Shown here in pieces: positions 1-10,796 of a stretch of DNA of 64,000 nt. The notes under the pieces are model-generated. The model did not search any database, was not told the DNA's origin, and saw only the letters and a list, made by a program, of their open reading frames with translations. The stretch comes from Nitrospirota bacterium (GTDB lineage: Bacteria; Nitrospirota; UBA9217): NCBI GenBank assembly GCA_963796285.1, contig CAWCKW010000012.1, forward strand, positions 640,001 to 704,000. The letters are read 5' to 3'. The translations under genes were made by a program, and so were the position numbers. The stretch's first letter is position 1. Each line of letters begins with the position of its first letter.

Positions 1-32
1 TCGTTCGCTGGTACTGTTATCATCCTACCCGA

Positions 33-716
33 TCAAGATGCATGGATGAACGAGTACGTTTTGTCTAAATAGATAAACAGGTAGCGCAGTGTTCTTATTA
101 TACCATTCGAAAGAAAACTCACGTAGTCCATGTTTTCAACGAGGTAAACCTTCATGAGAAACGCCGCAAAGGCGATATTGAACAGAAAGATCAGCGGATA
201 GGAGAAGATCGCGCCTTCCTCCCTGATATCATTCTGGTCGGTCTGAAGAAAAACGAAGGTCAGCACCAAGTGGAGCGCGAACGTCGCGCCGGACAGGAAA
301 ATGAGGACATCGATAGCCATACCGCGGGCATCGGCGGCACGCGCGGTCCAGTAGAGGAGAAGCGCAAGGGAGGTATACAGAGGGAAAAAATAAGGGGCAA
401 GCGTAATGATAAAATTGGATTTGGTTATCGTGACGCGACCGCCGCGATGGCTGGCATGGATGGATTTGATGGAACCTCCGAAGAGCACGGCGAAGAGCGC
501 GTGCGTGAGCTCATGGCCGATGACATAGGTTAAGACCGGTTTTTTGAACAAAACATGGATGGATAGATAAGTCAGCCCTCCAGCGAGAAAGTAATAGGGA
601 GTATCCGGCCTGTAGTGGACCGTGAAAACGGTCGCTGTAAGTTGCCAGGCAAAGCCTATGCAGAAGGGGACGAGCATCAGGCCGAACAGTATTTTCACAA
701 TTTTAATTGCCATCAT
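33..716 (-). CDS. Membrane metalloprotease, peptidase M50(B)-like
   Basis: Hydrophobic 227-aa ORF with HExxH (GHELTHA) and a downstream LAPYF motif. Confidence 0.65.
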   Translation of the reverse strand: MMAIKIVKILFGLMLVPFCIGFAWQLTATVFTVHYRPDTPYYFLAGGLTYLSIHVLFKKPVLTYVIGHELTHALFAVLFGGSIKSIHASHRGGRVTITKSNFIITLAPYFFPLYTSLALLLYWTARAADARGMAIDVLIFLSGATFALHLVLTFVFLQTDQNDIREEGAIFSYPLIFLFNIAFAAFLMKVYLVENMDYVSFLSNGIIRTLRYLFIYLDKTYSFIHAS

Positions 717-1270
717 ACAAACCAGAAAACCCAGGACAATAGTATCCGCACAGATAAGGAGACACGAAGCATGAGATATTCCCTGAAAAATTACAATGAT
801 TCGGCTTTCTCGCGAGCCAAAGTCCAGGAGGTGCGGTTTTTTTGTTACAGTTATTGGGTATTCTTTGCAATTTAATGCTAATAATAAGCTTTAACTAATA
901 TTGTACAAGTAATTGAATATAGTGTAATTAAAACGTATTACACAAACTTAAAGCAGATTCTCGAGTTGGGATCGCGCTGGATGATCCTGGTCTGAACCCC
1001 TGTCGGTGACTTTTTTTCTCCGATGGATCCGGTTTCCACCTCAGAGGTAACATCCATGTAAAGAATGGGGCACGGGCATCTCTATATATTCATGTCTATG
1101 AACTCTTGTTCAAAATTCGTTTACCCCGTGAGGTTGTAGGGCTCCGGGTAGCGGTCCGCGGTCCGGAGGATTCGAACAGCGATTGAAGTTCAAATAATGG
1201 CATGTCTCGCGTCAGGAGGGTGTTGATGTCTTTCTCCAGCTTTTACCCATCCAGATCATCTGAAACCGGA

Positions 1271-2356
1271 TCAGATCGACCGTTGCATACGGAAAAGCAC
1301 AATAATAGACGCTATTGCAAAAAATATGTTTGCAAACCATGCAGATATCGCGGGCGGGAGGGCGCCCGAGCGGCCGAAGGAAGCGCCGACGCTCATCAGC
1401 AGCCAGTAGAAAAAGGCAATCGCGATCGCGAGAGCGATTCCTTTGCCAGTTCCTCCGGAACGCACTTTAAGGACACCGAAGGGGATGGAGATCATGACCA
1501 TAAGCAGGCTGGCCAGCGGGTAAGCCAGCTTGGTGTGCAGGTCGACTTCATAGGTGGCGGCCTTATAACCGCTTGATTTGAGCCTTTTCACGTAGTTCCA
1601 CATCTCGGAGAAGTTCATTTCTTCCGAGTTTTTGACGATCATGCCGAGGTCGTCGGGGTTCTCAACGATATTAAAGACTTCGTTGTCGGACGGGCGGGAC
1701 AGCACTACATCGTCGACCTGAGTGAAGGTGCGGCTGTTTTTCAGCCGCCAAGCGCCGTTCTCCCATGCCAGGCGGCCGGCCTTGATGCGTTCCCGAACCG
1801 AGTAGTCGGGATTCAGCTTGTAGATGTTCAAACCCAGCATTTCGGTGCGGTTCGGTGAGACAAGCTCAATGTTGACAATACTGTTCTCCGGTCCGCGGAG
1901 CCACAGCTTGGATTGCTGGAACATCACGCGTTGCTGACTCTTTTCGATCTCCACTTTTCGGATGTAGCTGGCGCGAGAGGTATAGACCGGCATGACAAAT
2001 TCATTGTTGAGAAATCCAAGTCCTGATATCAGCAGACCTCCGGCCAAGAGCGGTGAAACGATCTTTACCAGGCTCACGCCGCTTGCACGCATGGCGATGA
2101 TCTCGTTGTAGCGCGAAAGGTTGCCGAGCGAAAGGAGCGCGGCGATGAGCGCGGCCATGGGCAGCGAAAGCGAAACCATGCCGGGTACGCTGTAAAGGAA
2201 ATATTTGCCGATCTGCGAAAGCGTTGCATGGTACTTGATGAGCTTATCGGCTCTCTGGAGAAACTCGACGCAAAGGTACACGACGAGGATGCCGATCAGG
2301 ACCCCGATCACCAGGGAAATAAACTCCTTGAAAATATGTCTGCTCAGAATCGTCAT
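1271..2356 (-). CDS. lptG: LPS export ABC transporter permease LptG
   Basis: Start MTILSRHIFKEF; EIIAMRASGVS motif; 6-TM YjgP/YjgQ architecture; follows lptF. Confidence 0.9.
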   Translation of the reverse strand: MTILSRHIFKEFISLVIGVLIGILVVYLCVEFLQRADKLIKYHATLSQIGKYFLYSVPGMVSLSLPMAALIAALLSLGNLSRYNEIIAMRASGVSLVKIVSPLLAGGLLISGLGFLNNEFVMPVYTSRASYIRKVEIEKSQQRVMFQQSKLWLRGPENSIVNIELVSPNRTEMLGLNIYKLNPDYSVRERIKAGRLAWENGAWRLKNSRTFTQVDDVVLSRPSDNEVFNIVENPDDLGMIVKNSEEMNFSEMWNYVKRLKSSGYKAATYEVDLHTKLAYPLASLLMVMISIPFGVLKVRSGGTGKGIALAIAIAFFYWLLMSVGASFGRSGALPPAISAWFANIFFAIASIIVLFRMQRSI

Positions 2357-2447
2357 GGATGTTCGTCGAGAGTCTTTCGAACTTAAAACCGTTGCGCGGC
2401 TCAGCTTTACTGTGACCAAGTTTGATGAATTCTGCAATAAATCAAAT

Positions 2448-2530
2448 TTAACCACTGAACGCAGAGGCGCAGAGAAAATCATTGATTCATCGGTTTAAAG
2501 CATTCTCCGTGCTCCGCGCTTCTGCGGTAA
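2448..2530. repeat. Imperfect palindromic intergenic element (AACCAC..CAGAG / CTCCGTG..CTGCGGT family)
   Basis: Left arm aaccactgaacgcagaggcgcagagaa is roughly complementary to right arm ttctccgtgctccgcgcttctgcggtaa; related copies near 16558, 37781, 40095, 41716, 55447. Confidence 0.6.
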
Positions 2531-2559
2531 TTAGATCTTTTTCAGCCGCAATGTGCTTG

Positions 2560-3738
2560 TTAAGCCTTTCCTTTCAAACGTGTCTTGATACCATAATAAA
2601 GACGGCTGATGCGGCTCGCAATCGTGAAGCTGCACTCTTGTCCTCTTTTAAAGATAAAAAAGAGTGCGGCCACGGTCATCAGGATGTTCGGCACCCAATA
2701 GGCCTGATAGGCCGGCAACGTCCCGGTCTCAGCAAGATTGGTCGCACCGCTCAAGATAATAAAGTAGACGAGGAAAACGAGGAGCGCGATTGCTATCCCG
2801 GCGGACTTGCCGGAACGGCTCCGCCTGATGCCGAGCGGTGCGCCGATCAGGCCGAGGAGGATGCAGGCAAAGGGGATTGACAGGCGCTTATGCAGTTCCG
2901 TCTCATAACGATATACGGGCTTTCCTTCCAGGCGCAATCGCTTTATCTCCTGGATGAGTTCAAGACTTTCGATGTCTTCAGGGCCTTTTCCGGGAGCATT
3001 GTTCTGGAGGAGTGCATTGCTGATGTCGAGATAGAGCCGCGCAGTATCAAATTTTATGAGGGAATAGGCTTGCTCGGTATGCGGCTGTGTGAGAATGGCA
3101 CCGTCCTGCATGGCGAGGGTCACATTCATAGCCTGCTGGTCGGCAATGAGATTTCCGCGTTTAGCAACGATGGCATAGGGTTCCCTTGCGGAACGCTCAT
3201 CGGAGATAAAAACGCCTTCCATGTTGTTGAGAGGGTCCATTTTGTCGACATAAATGACCATTCCCTCAAAGGTGTTGCTGAAAATACCGGGCTCGATGCC
3301 GATCAGGGCGCGGGATTTCATCATGGCTACCAGGTGGGCCTTGAGAGCCGAGTTTGCGCCGGGGACGAGGATGAGCGAGGTGTACGCAGTGACCGCAAAG
3401 GCGAGCAGCGCGAACAGGAAGACCGGCCTGATCATATGGTAAAGGCTGATGCGGGAGGCCTTCATGGCTGTAATTTCCGAGTCAGCGCTGAGTCGCGCAA
3501 ACGTAGTGAGCGATGCGACAATGAGCGACATGGGGATGGTGATGACGAGAAAGCCGGGTACGACATAGGCCAGAATATTGGCGGTGGACGCAAGGGTGGC
3601 GCCCTTTGAGATGATCAGGTCCGCGAGCTGGAACAGCTTCTGGAGAAAAAGGACGAACAAGAGGATCGCCATGCTGATGAAGAATGGCGGCATCATTTCC
3701 CGGAAGATGTAACGGTCCAATATATGGGTCCTGAACAT
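2560..3738 (-). CDS. lptF: LPS export ABC transporter permease LptF
   Basis: ILDRYIFRE start, RLSADSEITAMKAS motif, paired with lptG. Confidence 0.9.
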   Translation of the reverse strand: MFRTHILDRYIFREMMPPFFISMAILLFVLFLQKLFQLADLIISKGATLASTANILAYVVPGFLVITIPMSLIVASLTTFARLSADSEITAMKASRISLYHMIRPVFLFALLAFAVTAYTSLILVPGANSALKAHLVAMMKSRALIGIEPGIFSNTFEGMVIYVDKMDPLNNMEGVFISDERSAREPYAIVAKRGNLIADQQAMNVTLAMQDGAILTQPHTEQAYSLIKFDTARLYLDISNALLQNNAPGKGPEDIESLELIQEIKRLRLEGKPVYRYETELHKRLSIPFACILLGLIGAPLGIRRSRSGKSAGIAIALLVFLVYFIILSGATNLAETGTLPAYQAYWVPNILMTVAALFFIFKRGQECSFTIASRISRLYYGIKTRLKGKA

Positions 3739-3740
3739 GG

Positions 3741-5562
3741 CTATTTTCTGATCTCCTCGAGGATGTTCTTCTCGATCTTGTTCATGACGAAGTAGTCATT
3801 TTCAAGTTCTTCGATGTAGAAAAGATCAAGGCCGCTGTTCGCAAGAAAGTCCTCCCGTACCCGGTTGTCCCGTGACACGATTATGTGCGGCAGGAGATTG
3901 TTCAGGTAGAACGACTCTTTCCGGATATCGAGGATGATCTCCTCGAACACGCTGTGAGGCACGGGCCCCTGCACGATCCTCTTCGCCTGGATTTCCCGGT
4001 TAAGGTCCTGGATGAATATTTCCTGGTCTTCACTGGAGTTCAACTCAGCGTAGATGCTTTTGAACCGGTCCTTGATGTAGCGGTGGATAGCGGTGTAAAG
4101 TTTGTCGTCCTCGTTGATGCCGGTGATCGCTGCGGAAAGATCCCGATAGGTGGTGTCGCCGGCCTTGATCCGCTGGAGCCCGTAAAACAGCGTGTCGACC
4201 TTTTTCCTGCCGTAACGGGTCATGTAGTGGTTCTCCCGCAGGGGTTCGATGAACAGCTCAAGGAACAGATTCCGCGCCGATCTGGTCGAAGACCTCCTTG
4301 TTGCCGGAGAGGCTCCGGATGTTGTCTTCGCTCAGGGTCGAGTTCTCCATGAACGCGAGGTTGTTGATCATGCTTGCAGTGCTGTCATACCGGTCGAAAT
4401 AGGTCAGGATGGAACTCATGGATTCGAGTGCGGACATGTCATTGGAATCACGGGCATGTTCGTCGCAGGCCCTGACCGTATCGAGCAAGAGCCCTTCAAA
4501 GGCCTGGTCCCTGACTGCGGTGGATTTCTGCTTGCCTTTCAGGAGCTTTACGAGGTCCTCCTGCGAAAGATGCCCGCGGATATTGTCGGTCCTGAAGAAC
4601 AGCCCTTCAAAGATCGCCCGCGTGTCTTTCACGTATTCCGGTTCCTCCACCTCGACGATCTGCATGTCCTTGAGAAGAAGCTCGTCGAGCGTGTCGAAGA
4701 GCGTGTGAGGGATATTGAGACGCAAGCTCAATGTGCGGAGCCGTGAGAGTTTTGCCAGCTCCGAGGGGTTCACCTGGCCTTTTTCCGAAACAGTAATAAG
4801 GATGTCCTTGTATTCATCGACGATCTTCTTGTTCTCGGGAAGCTTGTACATCCCGTCTATTTTGATGCGCTCCTGCTGATAGGGAATGATCTTGTACTGT
4901 TTTGCCAGGTCATCGAGAACGGAGACGGCCTCAGGGGAAAGCATTTTTTGCTCGGCATAAAATTTGTTGAAGGTTTTGTAATATGCCTCGTTATTCCGGT
5001 TTTGCAGCCGAAAGAGAAAAACAAGGCCCCTGGCATCTCCAAAGGCGTCAAAGATCTCCCGGCAGAGACGGGTGTCATCGGAGGCCCCTATGGTCGTACT
5101 ACGTTTCAACTGTTTGCCGATGTACTTCAGGATATCGCGCTGAATGTCCCTGTTCTCTTTATTGAACGAGGAGTGAATGAAAAAAAAGTAGTTCGAGACC
5201 GCGTTGCCGGTGAGAAAAACATGGTCGAAAGAGGCTTTGCCGGCCGTGGCGTTGGTAAAAGTGATGTTATCGGAGTTATCGTAATAAGCTCCGAACATGA
5301 CCAGACGGTTCGAAACGTCTTTGCGCAGGAGGTCCGTGAGCGGCAGGTCCACGCCGAACATATATTCGCAAAGGCTGCCGCCGGACCCGCTATGGCTGAT
5401 GCCATTCGGGGAAATGATGAACTCATTCCTTCCCGAAAAGAACCGGTCCCCGTCAGGAAGCGATTCATAGCAGTATCTGCTGCTCAGGTCGGCGCCGGTG
5501 ATGGTGACAAAATAGTCCAGTTTTTCGTTGGCTTTGCCGTGCAGCTTGATTTCATGGATCAT
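3741..5562 (-). CDS. Conserved ~600-aa protein, probably TIGR04442 family; split by a frameshift near 4260
   Basis: ORFs 4258..5673 and 3741..4223 appear to be one gene; start MIHEIKLHG resembles the Geobacter-type TIGR04442 family (recall, not searched). Confidence 0.55.
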
Positions 5563-5765
5563 AGCGGGCATTATAACAAACAAACCCGGATTTTCAAATG
5601 GAAAAATGGAATTCACTGCAAGAATTGCCGGTGTATCCGATCCAGGTACGATGAAAATAGTGTGCGTCGCCATATTTCTCTTGATACGACTATGGAGAAA
5701 TCGTATAATGCACCGCGTTGCTGCAATATCGCCGTATAAAAGACCGGAAAGAGCGGACCACGCGT

Positions 5766-6317
5766 ATGCCCGTAACGAGCGGGAGTATAAAAAAGATCGT
5801 TTTCCTTGCTGTCCTTGTCGTCCTGATCGCCGTATTCATCGGGGGATATCTTATCATGGACAGGACAACGGGGAACAAGATCATCACCACCGGTGATCGG
5901 GCGCCTGAGTTCCGTTTGCAGAAAATGGACAACGGATATGTCAACCTTTCGGACCTTCGCGGCAAGGTGGTGATGGTCCATTTCTGGGCCACCTGGTGTC
6001 CTCCCTGCGTGGAGGAAATCCCAACGCTCGACCGGCTGCATCACTCGGTTATCGGCAAGGATTTCGAGATGCTTGCGGTGAGCGTCGACGAGGGCGGAGC
6101 CGGGGCGGTGGCGCCCTTTATCCAGAAAAACAGGTTGGACGTTCCTGTGCTCTTTGATCCCGGACATGAAGTAGCCGGGCAGTATGGAACGTATAAATTC
6201 CCCGAGACCTATATCATAGACCGCCAGGGTATTGTCCGATACAAGGCGATCGGCCCCAGAGATTGGACCGACCCGTCGAACATCCAGATCCTGCGGAACA
6301 TCATCGAGGCACGATAG
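5766..6317 (+). CDS. TlpA/ResA-like membrane-anchored thiol-disulfide oxidoreductase
   Basis: N-terminal TM; FWATWCPPC motif; cis-Pro FPETY. Confidence 0.9.
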   Translation: MPVTSGSIKKIVFLAVLVVLIAVFIGGYLIMDRTTGNKIITTGDRAPEFRLQKMDNGYVNLSDLRGKVVMVHFWATWCPPCVEEIPTLDRLHHSVIGKDFEMLAVSVDEGGAGAVAPFIQKNRLDVPVLFDPGHEVAGQYGTYKFPETYIIDRQGIVRYKAIGPRDWTDPSNIQILRNIIEAR

Positions 6318-6382
6318 ACCGCGCAGCAGGGTTCTTGCCAATGAAATAACAGCTGACAGCACAATCGAACAGGAGCCACTGA

Positions 6383-6541
6383 ATGTCGGATTTTACATCA
6401 ACTGCACTGATCCTCATTGTTGTCGTCCTTGCCGTCAGCAGGTTCAACAGGGGCGGGGGCTGAGGCCCGAAACCAGGTCCCCTCTGTAAGAGGGACGAGG
6501 ACCCTCGCCGGCAAAACGGCGGGGAGAAAAAACAGCGGTAA
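6383..6541 (+). CDS. Candidate small membrane selenoprotein (52 aa with UGA read-through at 6461-6463)
   Basis: RBS AGGAG 6371-6375; MSDFTSTALILIVVVLAVSRFNRGGG-U-GPKPGPLCKRDEDPRRQNGGEKKQR; hairpin after the UGA; TAA ends just before the next ATG at 6543. Confidence 0.55.
6464..6503 (+). promoter_or_regulatory. Putative bacterial SECIS hairpin
   Basis: gtcc-cctct-GTA-agagg-gac stem-loop; G-containing apical loop 22 nt after the UGA. Confidence 0.5.
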
Positions 6542-6542
6542 C

Positions 6543-7697
6543 ATGAAAAAGTATCTTTTTGCCGGACTCGGAGCATTCGCTCTGTGCGTCCTCCTCATTG
6601 TTCTGTGGACCATGCGGGTCCTTTCCAACCTGCCGGATGTTACGACGTTGAAACACTACCGCCCGGCCGCCGCTGCCGAGGTCCTTGATAAGGACGGCAC
6701 ACTCCTGACCCTCTTCTATGACCGCAAGTTCCGGATATGGATCCCCATAGCCGGCCTCCCCGAGCTTGTCATCAATGCAGTGACAACCGCCGAAGACGAC
6801 ACCTTTTTTGAACACCATGGGGTGAATTACAAGGCGACGCGGGATGCCATGCTCCATGACTGGAAGAAGCGCAGGTTCTCGCGTGGCGGCAGCACGATCA
6901 CGCAGCAGATGATCAAGAACGTATTCCTTTCCAAGGAAAAGACCCTGACCCGAAAACTGCGGGAATATGTCCTGGCCATCAAGGCCGAGGAGATCCTCAC
7001 AAAACACCGGATCCTCGAGATCTACCTGAACGAGGTCGAGTGGGGAGACAATATCTATGGCATAGAGGCCGCGAGCCGCTTCTACCTGGACAAGCATGCG
7101 TCCGAACTCACCCCGGCAGAAGCCGCTCTTCTGGCCGGCATGCTCCCGAACCCTCACTTCTACAATCCCTATAAGAGGCCCGCGAAGGCCAGAGACCGTC
7201 AGGAACGGGTGCTGTTCAACATGCAGCAGGCAAAACTCATCACCAAGGATGAATACGCCGCGGCGCTTCAAGAACCTTTGAAACTGCGGCAGGAAGGCTC
7301 GAGCAGGATGGACCTTTCCGCGCTTAAGGCGGGGAATGGCGGACCGTGTTATCACGATGCGCTGGAGCAGATGTTGGTATCGGTCATCGGGGAACAAAAA
7401 CTCTACCACAGAGGGGGAACCATCAGTACGACGCTTGAGAAGTCCCTGCAGAACGAATTCAGTAATCTGGGAGGGTCGCAGAAGGATGGGGAGGGCAGGC
7501 CTTCCGGCCGCATTCCCGTTGTCATGCAGGGGAACAAGATACGGGCGATCATCTGCGGCGAGGGCAGGGAAGCGGAAGCCAGATCAAAACTCGAATCGCT
7601 CGGCGTGTTCTACGAGAGTTATAATGTGGGCGCGATAGAGGCCGATGAGATTGAGAGGGAGCAGATCATCGGCTCTTCGGGCGATGATAATAAATGA
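6543..7697 (+). CDS. Peptidoglycan glycosyltransferase (GT51), PBP1A-like, lacking a transpeptidase domain
   Basis: EDDTFFEHHG, GGSTITQQMIKN, RKLRE and ILEIYLN motifs; only a short C-terminal region follows. Confidence 0.85.
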   Translation: MKKYLFAGLGAFALCVLLIVLWTMRVLSNLPDVTTLKHYRPAAAAEVLDKDGTLLTLFYDRKFRIWIPIAGLPELVINAVTTAEDDTFFEHHGVNYKATRDAMLHDWKKRRFSRGGSTITQQMIKNVFLSKEKTLTRKLREYVLAIKAEEILTKHRILEIYLNEVEWGDNIYGIEAASRFYLDKHASELTPAEAALLAGMLPNPHFYNPYKRPAKARDRQERVLFNMQQAKLITKDEYAAALQEPLKLRQEGSSRMDLSALKAGNGGPCYHDALEQMLVSVIGEQKLYHRGGTISTTLEKSLQNEFSNLGGSQKDGEGRPSGRIPVVMQGNKIRAIICGEGREAEARSKLESLGVFYESYNVGAIEADEIEREQIIGSSGDDNK

Positions 7698-8029
7698 AGT
7701 TGACTGCCACGGTAGATCTGGAAATCTCCTCCATTTTGCTAGGTCGAGTCCGGCTCGGGGAGCCACACATATCGAATACTGGGCACCTTTTCATTTCAAG
7801 GGTGTAATTGCATAGCTCGTGCTGAAATTGCATTCTCTCTGTCCTATAGATTCCACTCCTAAAGTAATATATTTTCAATAAACGCGAATTGTGATATGCT
7901 TCTAATGCATTTTCAGGCCCCGTGTTACCGCTCCGGGGGCAGAGGGTGCAGGATGTTAGGTATTCTTCTTGCTAAAATCGCTGACACCGGAAATACGTTA
8001 TTAGTCCTTTTTTAAATACCATTTTACAT

Positions 8030-8802
8030 CATAAGTGTCCCAACGTTACAGCAATAGATTCAATTGGTTATCACCATCAATGTTGTCATTTTCGTAAATC
8101 GGTGAAGAAAGAACCTGCAAAATGGGCGTTTTCTCGAACTGGGTCACACTCAAAATCTGTAGAATTGTGTAAAGGCTCCGATCCAGCTTCAATTGTTTCT
8201 TGACAATGGCCACGAGAACATATACAGAAATTGCGATCCATATTTGAGTCTTGACAGCGTTCTCACTGGTACCATAAAACGCTTTGATCCGCAGGTGCTG
8301 CTTGATCCATTTGAAGAACAGTTCCACCTGCCAGCGACATTTGTAAATATTCGCGATCACGATTGACGGTAGGACAAAATTGTTCGTCAAAAAGACAAAC
8401 CGCTTCTTGGTATCTACGTCGTAGTAACGGATGCGCCTGAGCTTCTCGGGATAGTCTATCAACGCATAGAAGCCCGTAACCATAATGATCTGGTCTGACC
8501 GTACACCGGTCGATTTGTCCACCGGTTGAGAGTAGAGACGTTTGAAAACAAAATTGCTCTTCGCGCGAGTTACGAAGAACGCAAGAGATTGATGAATCCG
8601 ATAGAGCCGGGAGAAATCGATGTAACCCCGGTCGAAAATATAGATCGCTCCGGCCTCGAAGATGAGATCGTCGAGCGCGCTGACATCGCCTATTTTTCCA
8701 CTGGTAATGCTGATCACAACGGGGATGTTGCCCCGGAGATCCAATAGCGTATGAAGATTCACCGCAGCTTTGGCTTTGCGGAACTTGGCCCAGGGAAAGC
8801 AG
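8030..8802 (-). mobile_element. 5'-truncated IS4-family element (DDE transposase remnant)
   Basis: FPWAKFRKAKAAV-LHTLLDLRGNIP, FDRGY and YKCRWQVELFFKWIKQHL; IS4-type end (gggacacttatg on the - strand) right after the stop; N-terminal part missing. Confidence 0.85.
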
Positions 8803-8927
8803 TCTCAGTGATTTCTTTTTGAATGCAGATTCCAGGAAGAACCAAACACTACATGTTTTAACCTGCATTCTTCAATTCGCTAAGATCCTGGGCACTCCGC
8901 AGAACTTCGATAAACTTTCACCATAAA

Positions 8928-10796
8928 TTATAAGGTCTTACTGGTCCACTTCGCGTACAGGGTAATATTTGTTGCACCCATCGTGAAGGTCTGCGATGGA
9001 GTATAGGTCGTTCCGGTTCCATTAGCCTTTGTGTTCCAGTTCGCGAAGGAGTAGCCTGTCTTTACAAGGTTGCCTGTATTGCCGAGCACCGTAACAGTTT
9101 GCCCATTCACATATTTGTTTGAGTCAACCGGGACGCTGCCGTCGGTATTGCCGTTGCCTTTATAGGTTACGGTATACGTGGTGTTTGCTGTCCACTTCGC
9201 GTACAGGGTGATATTTGCCGCACCCATCGTGAAGGTCTGCGATGGAGTATAGGTCGTTCCGGTTCCGTTAGCCAGCGTGTTCCAGTTCGCGAAGGAGTAA
9301 CCTGTCTTTACAAGGTTGCCTGTATTGCCGAGCACCGTAACAGTCTGCCCCTGCTGGTAGTTGTTTGAGTCAACCGGGACGCTGCCGCCGGTATTGCCGT
9401 TGCCGTTATAGGTTACGGTATACGTGGGGTTTGCGGTCCACATAGCGTAGAGGGTAACATTTGCTGCACCCATTATGAAGGTCTGTGCCTGCGGATAGGT
9501 TACGCCGGATCCGTCCGCCAGCGTGTTCCAGTTCGCGAAGGAGTAGCCTGTCTTTACAAGGTTGCCTGTATTGCCGAGCACCGTAACGGTCTGCCCCTGC
9601 TGGTAGTTGGTTGAGTCAACCGGAACGCCGCCGCCGGTATTGCCGTTGCCGTTATAGGTTACGGTATACGTGGGGTTGGCGGTCCACATCGCGTACAGGG
9701 TAATATTTGCGGCACCCATCGTGAAGGTCTGCGACTGTGTATAAACCGTTCCGGTTCCGTTAGCCAGCGTGTTCCAGCCTGCGAAGGAATAGTTGGTCTT
9801 TACAAGGTTGCCTGTATTGCCGAGCACCGTGACAGTTTGCCCATGCTCGTAATTGGTTGAGTCAACCGGAACGATACCGCCGGTATTGCCGTTGCCGTTA
9901 TAGGTTACGGTATACGTGGGGTTGGCGGTCCAGATCGCGTACAGAGTGACATTTGCTACGCCCATCATGAATGTCTGCGCCTGCGTATAGGTTGCGCCGG
10001 ACCCGTCCGTTTGCGTGTTCCAGCCTGTGAAGGAATAGCCTGTCTTTACAAGGTTGCCTGTATTGCCGAGCACCGTAACGGTTTGCCCCTGCTCGTAATT
10101 GGTTGAGTCAACCGGAACGATACCGCCGGTGTTGCCGTTGCCGTTATAGGTTACGGTATATGTGGGGTTTGCGGTCCAGATCGCGTACAGAGTGACATTT
10201 GCCGCACCCATTGCGAAGGTCTGCGACTGCGGATAGGATGCTCCGGATCCGTCCGCTTGCGTGTTCCAGCCTGCGAAGGAATAGTTGGTCTTTACAAGGT
10301 TGCCTGTATTGCCGAGCACCGTGACTGTTTGCCCTGGCACGTAATTGGTGTAGTCAACCGGAACGCTGCCGCCGGTATTGCCGTTGCCGTCATAGGTCAC
10401 AGTATACGTGGGGTTAGCGGTCCAGATCGCGTACAGGGTGACATTTGCCGCACCCATCGTGAAGGTCTGGACCTGCGTATAGGTTGCGCCGGACCCGTCC
10501 GCCTGCGTGTTCCAACCCACGAAGGAACAGTCGGCCTGTATGAGGTTGCCTGTATTGCCGAGCACCGTGACAGTTTGCCCATTCACATATTTGTTTGAGT
10601 CAATCGGGACGCTACCACCGGTATTGCCGTTGCCGTCATAGGTTACAGAATACGAATTTGGGCTTGAAGTTATACTGCCGCAGCTTGCCAGTATGAGCGA
10701 AAGGACCAGAATAAGCACCGTGACTGCTAAGATGCTGAAACGGCTGTGTCTTGAAGTACTCAAGTGAGTCTCCTTGAGATAGTTATTATCTATCAT
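8928..10796 (-). CDS. Lipoprotein with 7 InlB B-repeat (Listeria-Bacteroides repeat) domains
   Basis: Lipobox LASC; seven 82-aa units YTVTYxGNG...GYSFxxWNT...TLYAxW. Confidence 0.85.
   Translation of the reverse strand: MIDNNYLKETHLSTSRHSRFSILAVTVLILVLSLILASCGSITSSPNSYSVTYDGNGNTGGSVPIDSNKYVNGQTVTVLGNTGNLIQADCSFVGWNTQADGSGATYTQVQTFTMGAANVTLYAIWTANPTYTVTYDGNGNTGGSVPVDYTNYVPGQTVTVLGNTGNLVKTNYSFAGWNTQADGSGASYPQSQTFAMGAANVTLYAIWTANPTYTVTYNGNGNTGGIVPVDSTNYEQGQTVTVLGNTGNLVKTGYSFTGWNTQTDGSGATYTQAQTFMMGVANVTLYAIWTANPTYTVTYNGNGNTGGIVPVDSTNYEHGQTVTVLGNTGNLVKTNYSFAGWNTLANGTGTVYTQSQTFTMGAANITLYAMWTANPTYTVTYNGNGNTGGGVPVDSTNYQQGQTVTVLGNTGNLVKTGYSFANWNTLADGSGVTYPQAQTFIMGAANVTLYAMWTANPTYTVTYNGNGNTGGSVPVDSNNYQQGQTVTVLGNTGNLVKTGYSFANWNTLANGTGTTYTPSQTFTMGAANITLYAKWTANTTYTVTYKGNGNTDGSVPVDSNKYVNGQTVTVLGNTGNLVKTGYSFANWNTKANGTGTTYTPSQTFTMGATNITLYAKWTSKTL
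8945..10655 (-). repeat. Intragenic tandem repeat, 7 x 246 bp
   Basis: gtattgccgttgccgt recurs with a 246-bp period (e.g. 10375 and 10621). Confidence 0.9.

Noticed and set aside
720-1270. Intergenic region downstream of lptG as a gene or RNA
   Set aside because: Only short ORFs without an RBS or motifs; nothing I can support
6444-7409. Long antisense ORFs (also 2890..3609, 4948..5739, 16994..17794, 39225..40109, 56613..57497)
   Set aside because: They are shadows of real genes on the opposite strand and have no motifs of their own
8945-10655. Regular repeats as a CRISPR array
   Set aside because: The 246-bp units are in-frame coding repeats with no short repeat/unique spacer structure and no cas genes nearby
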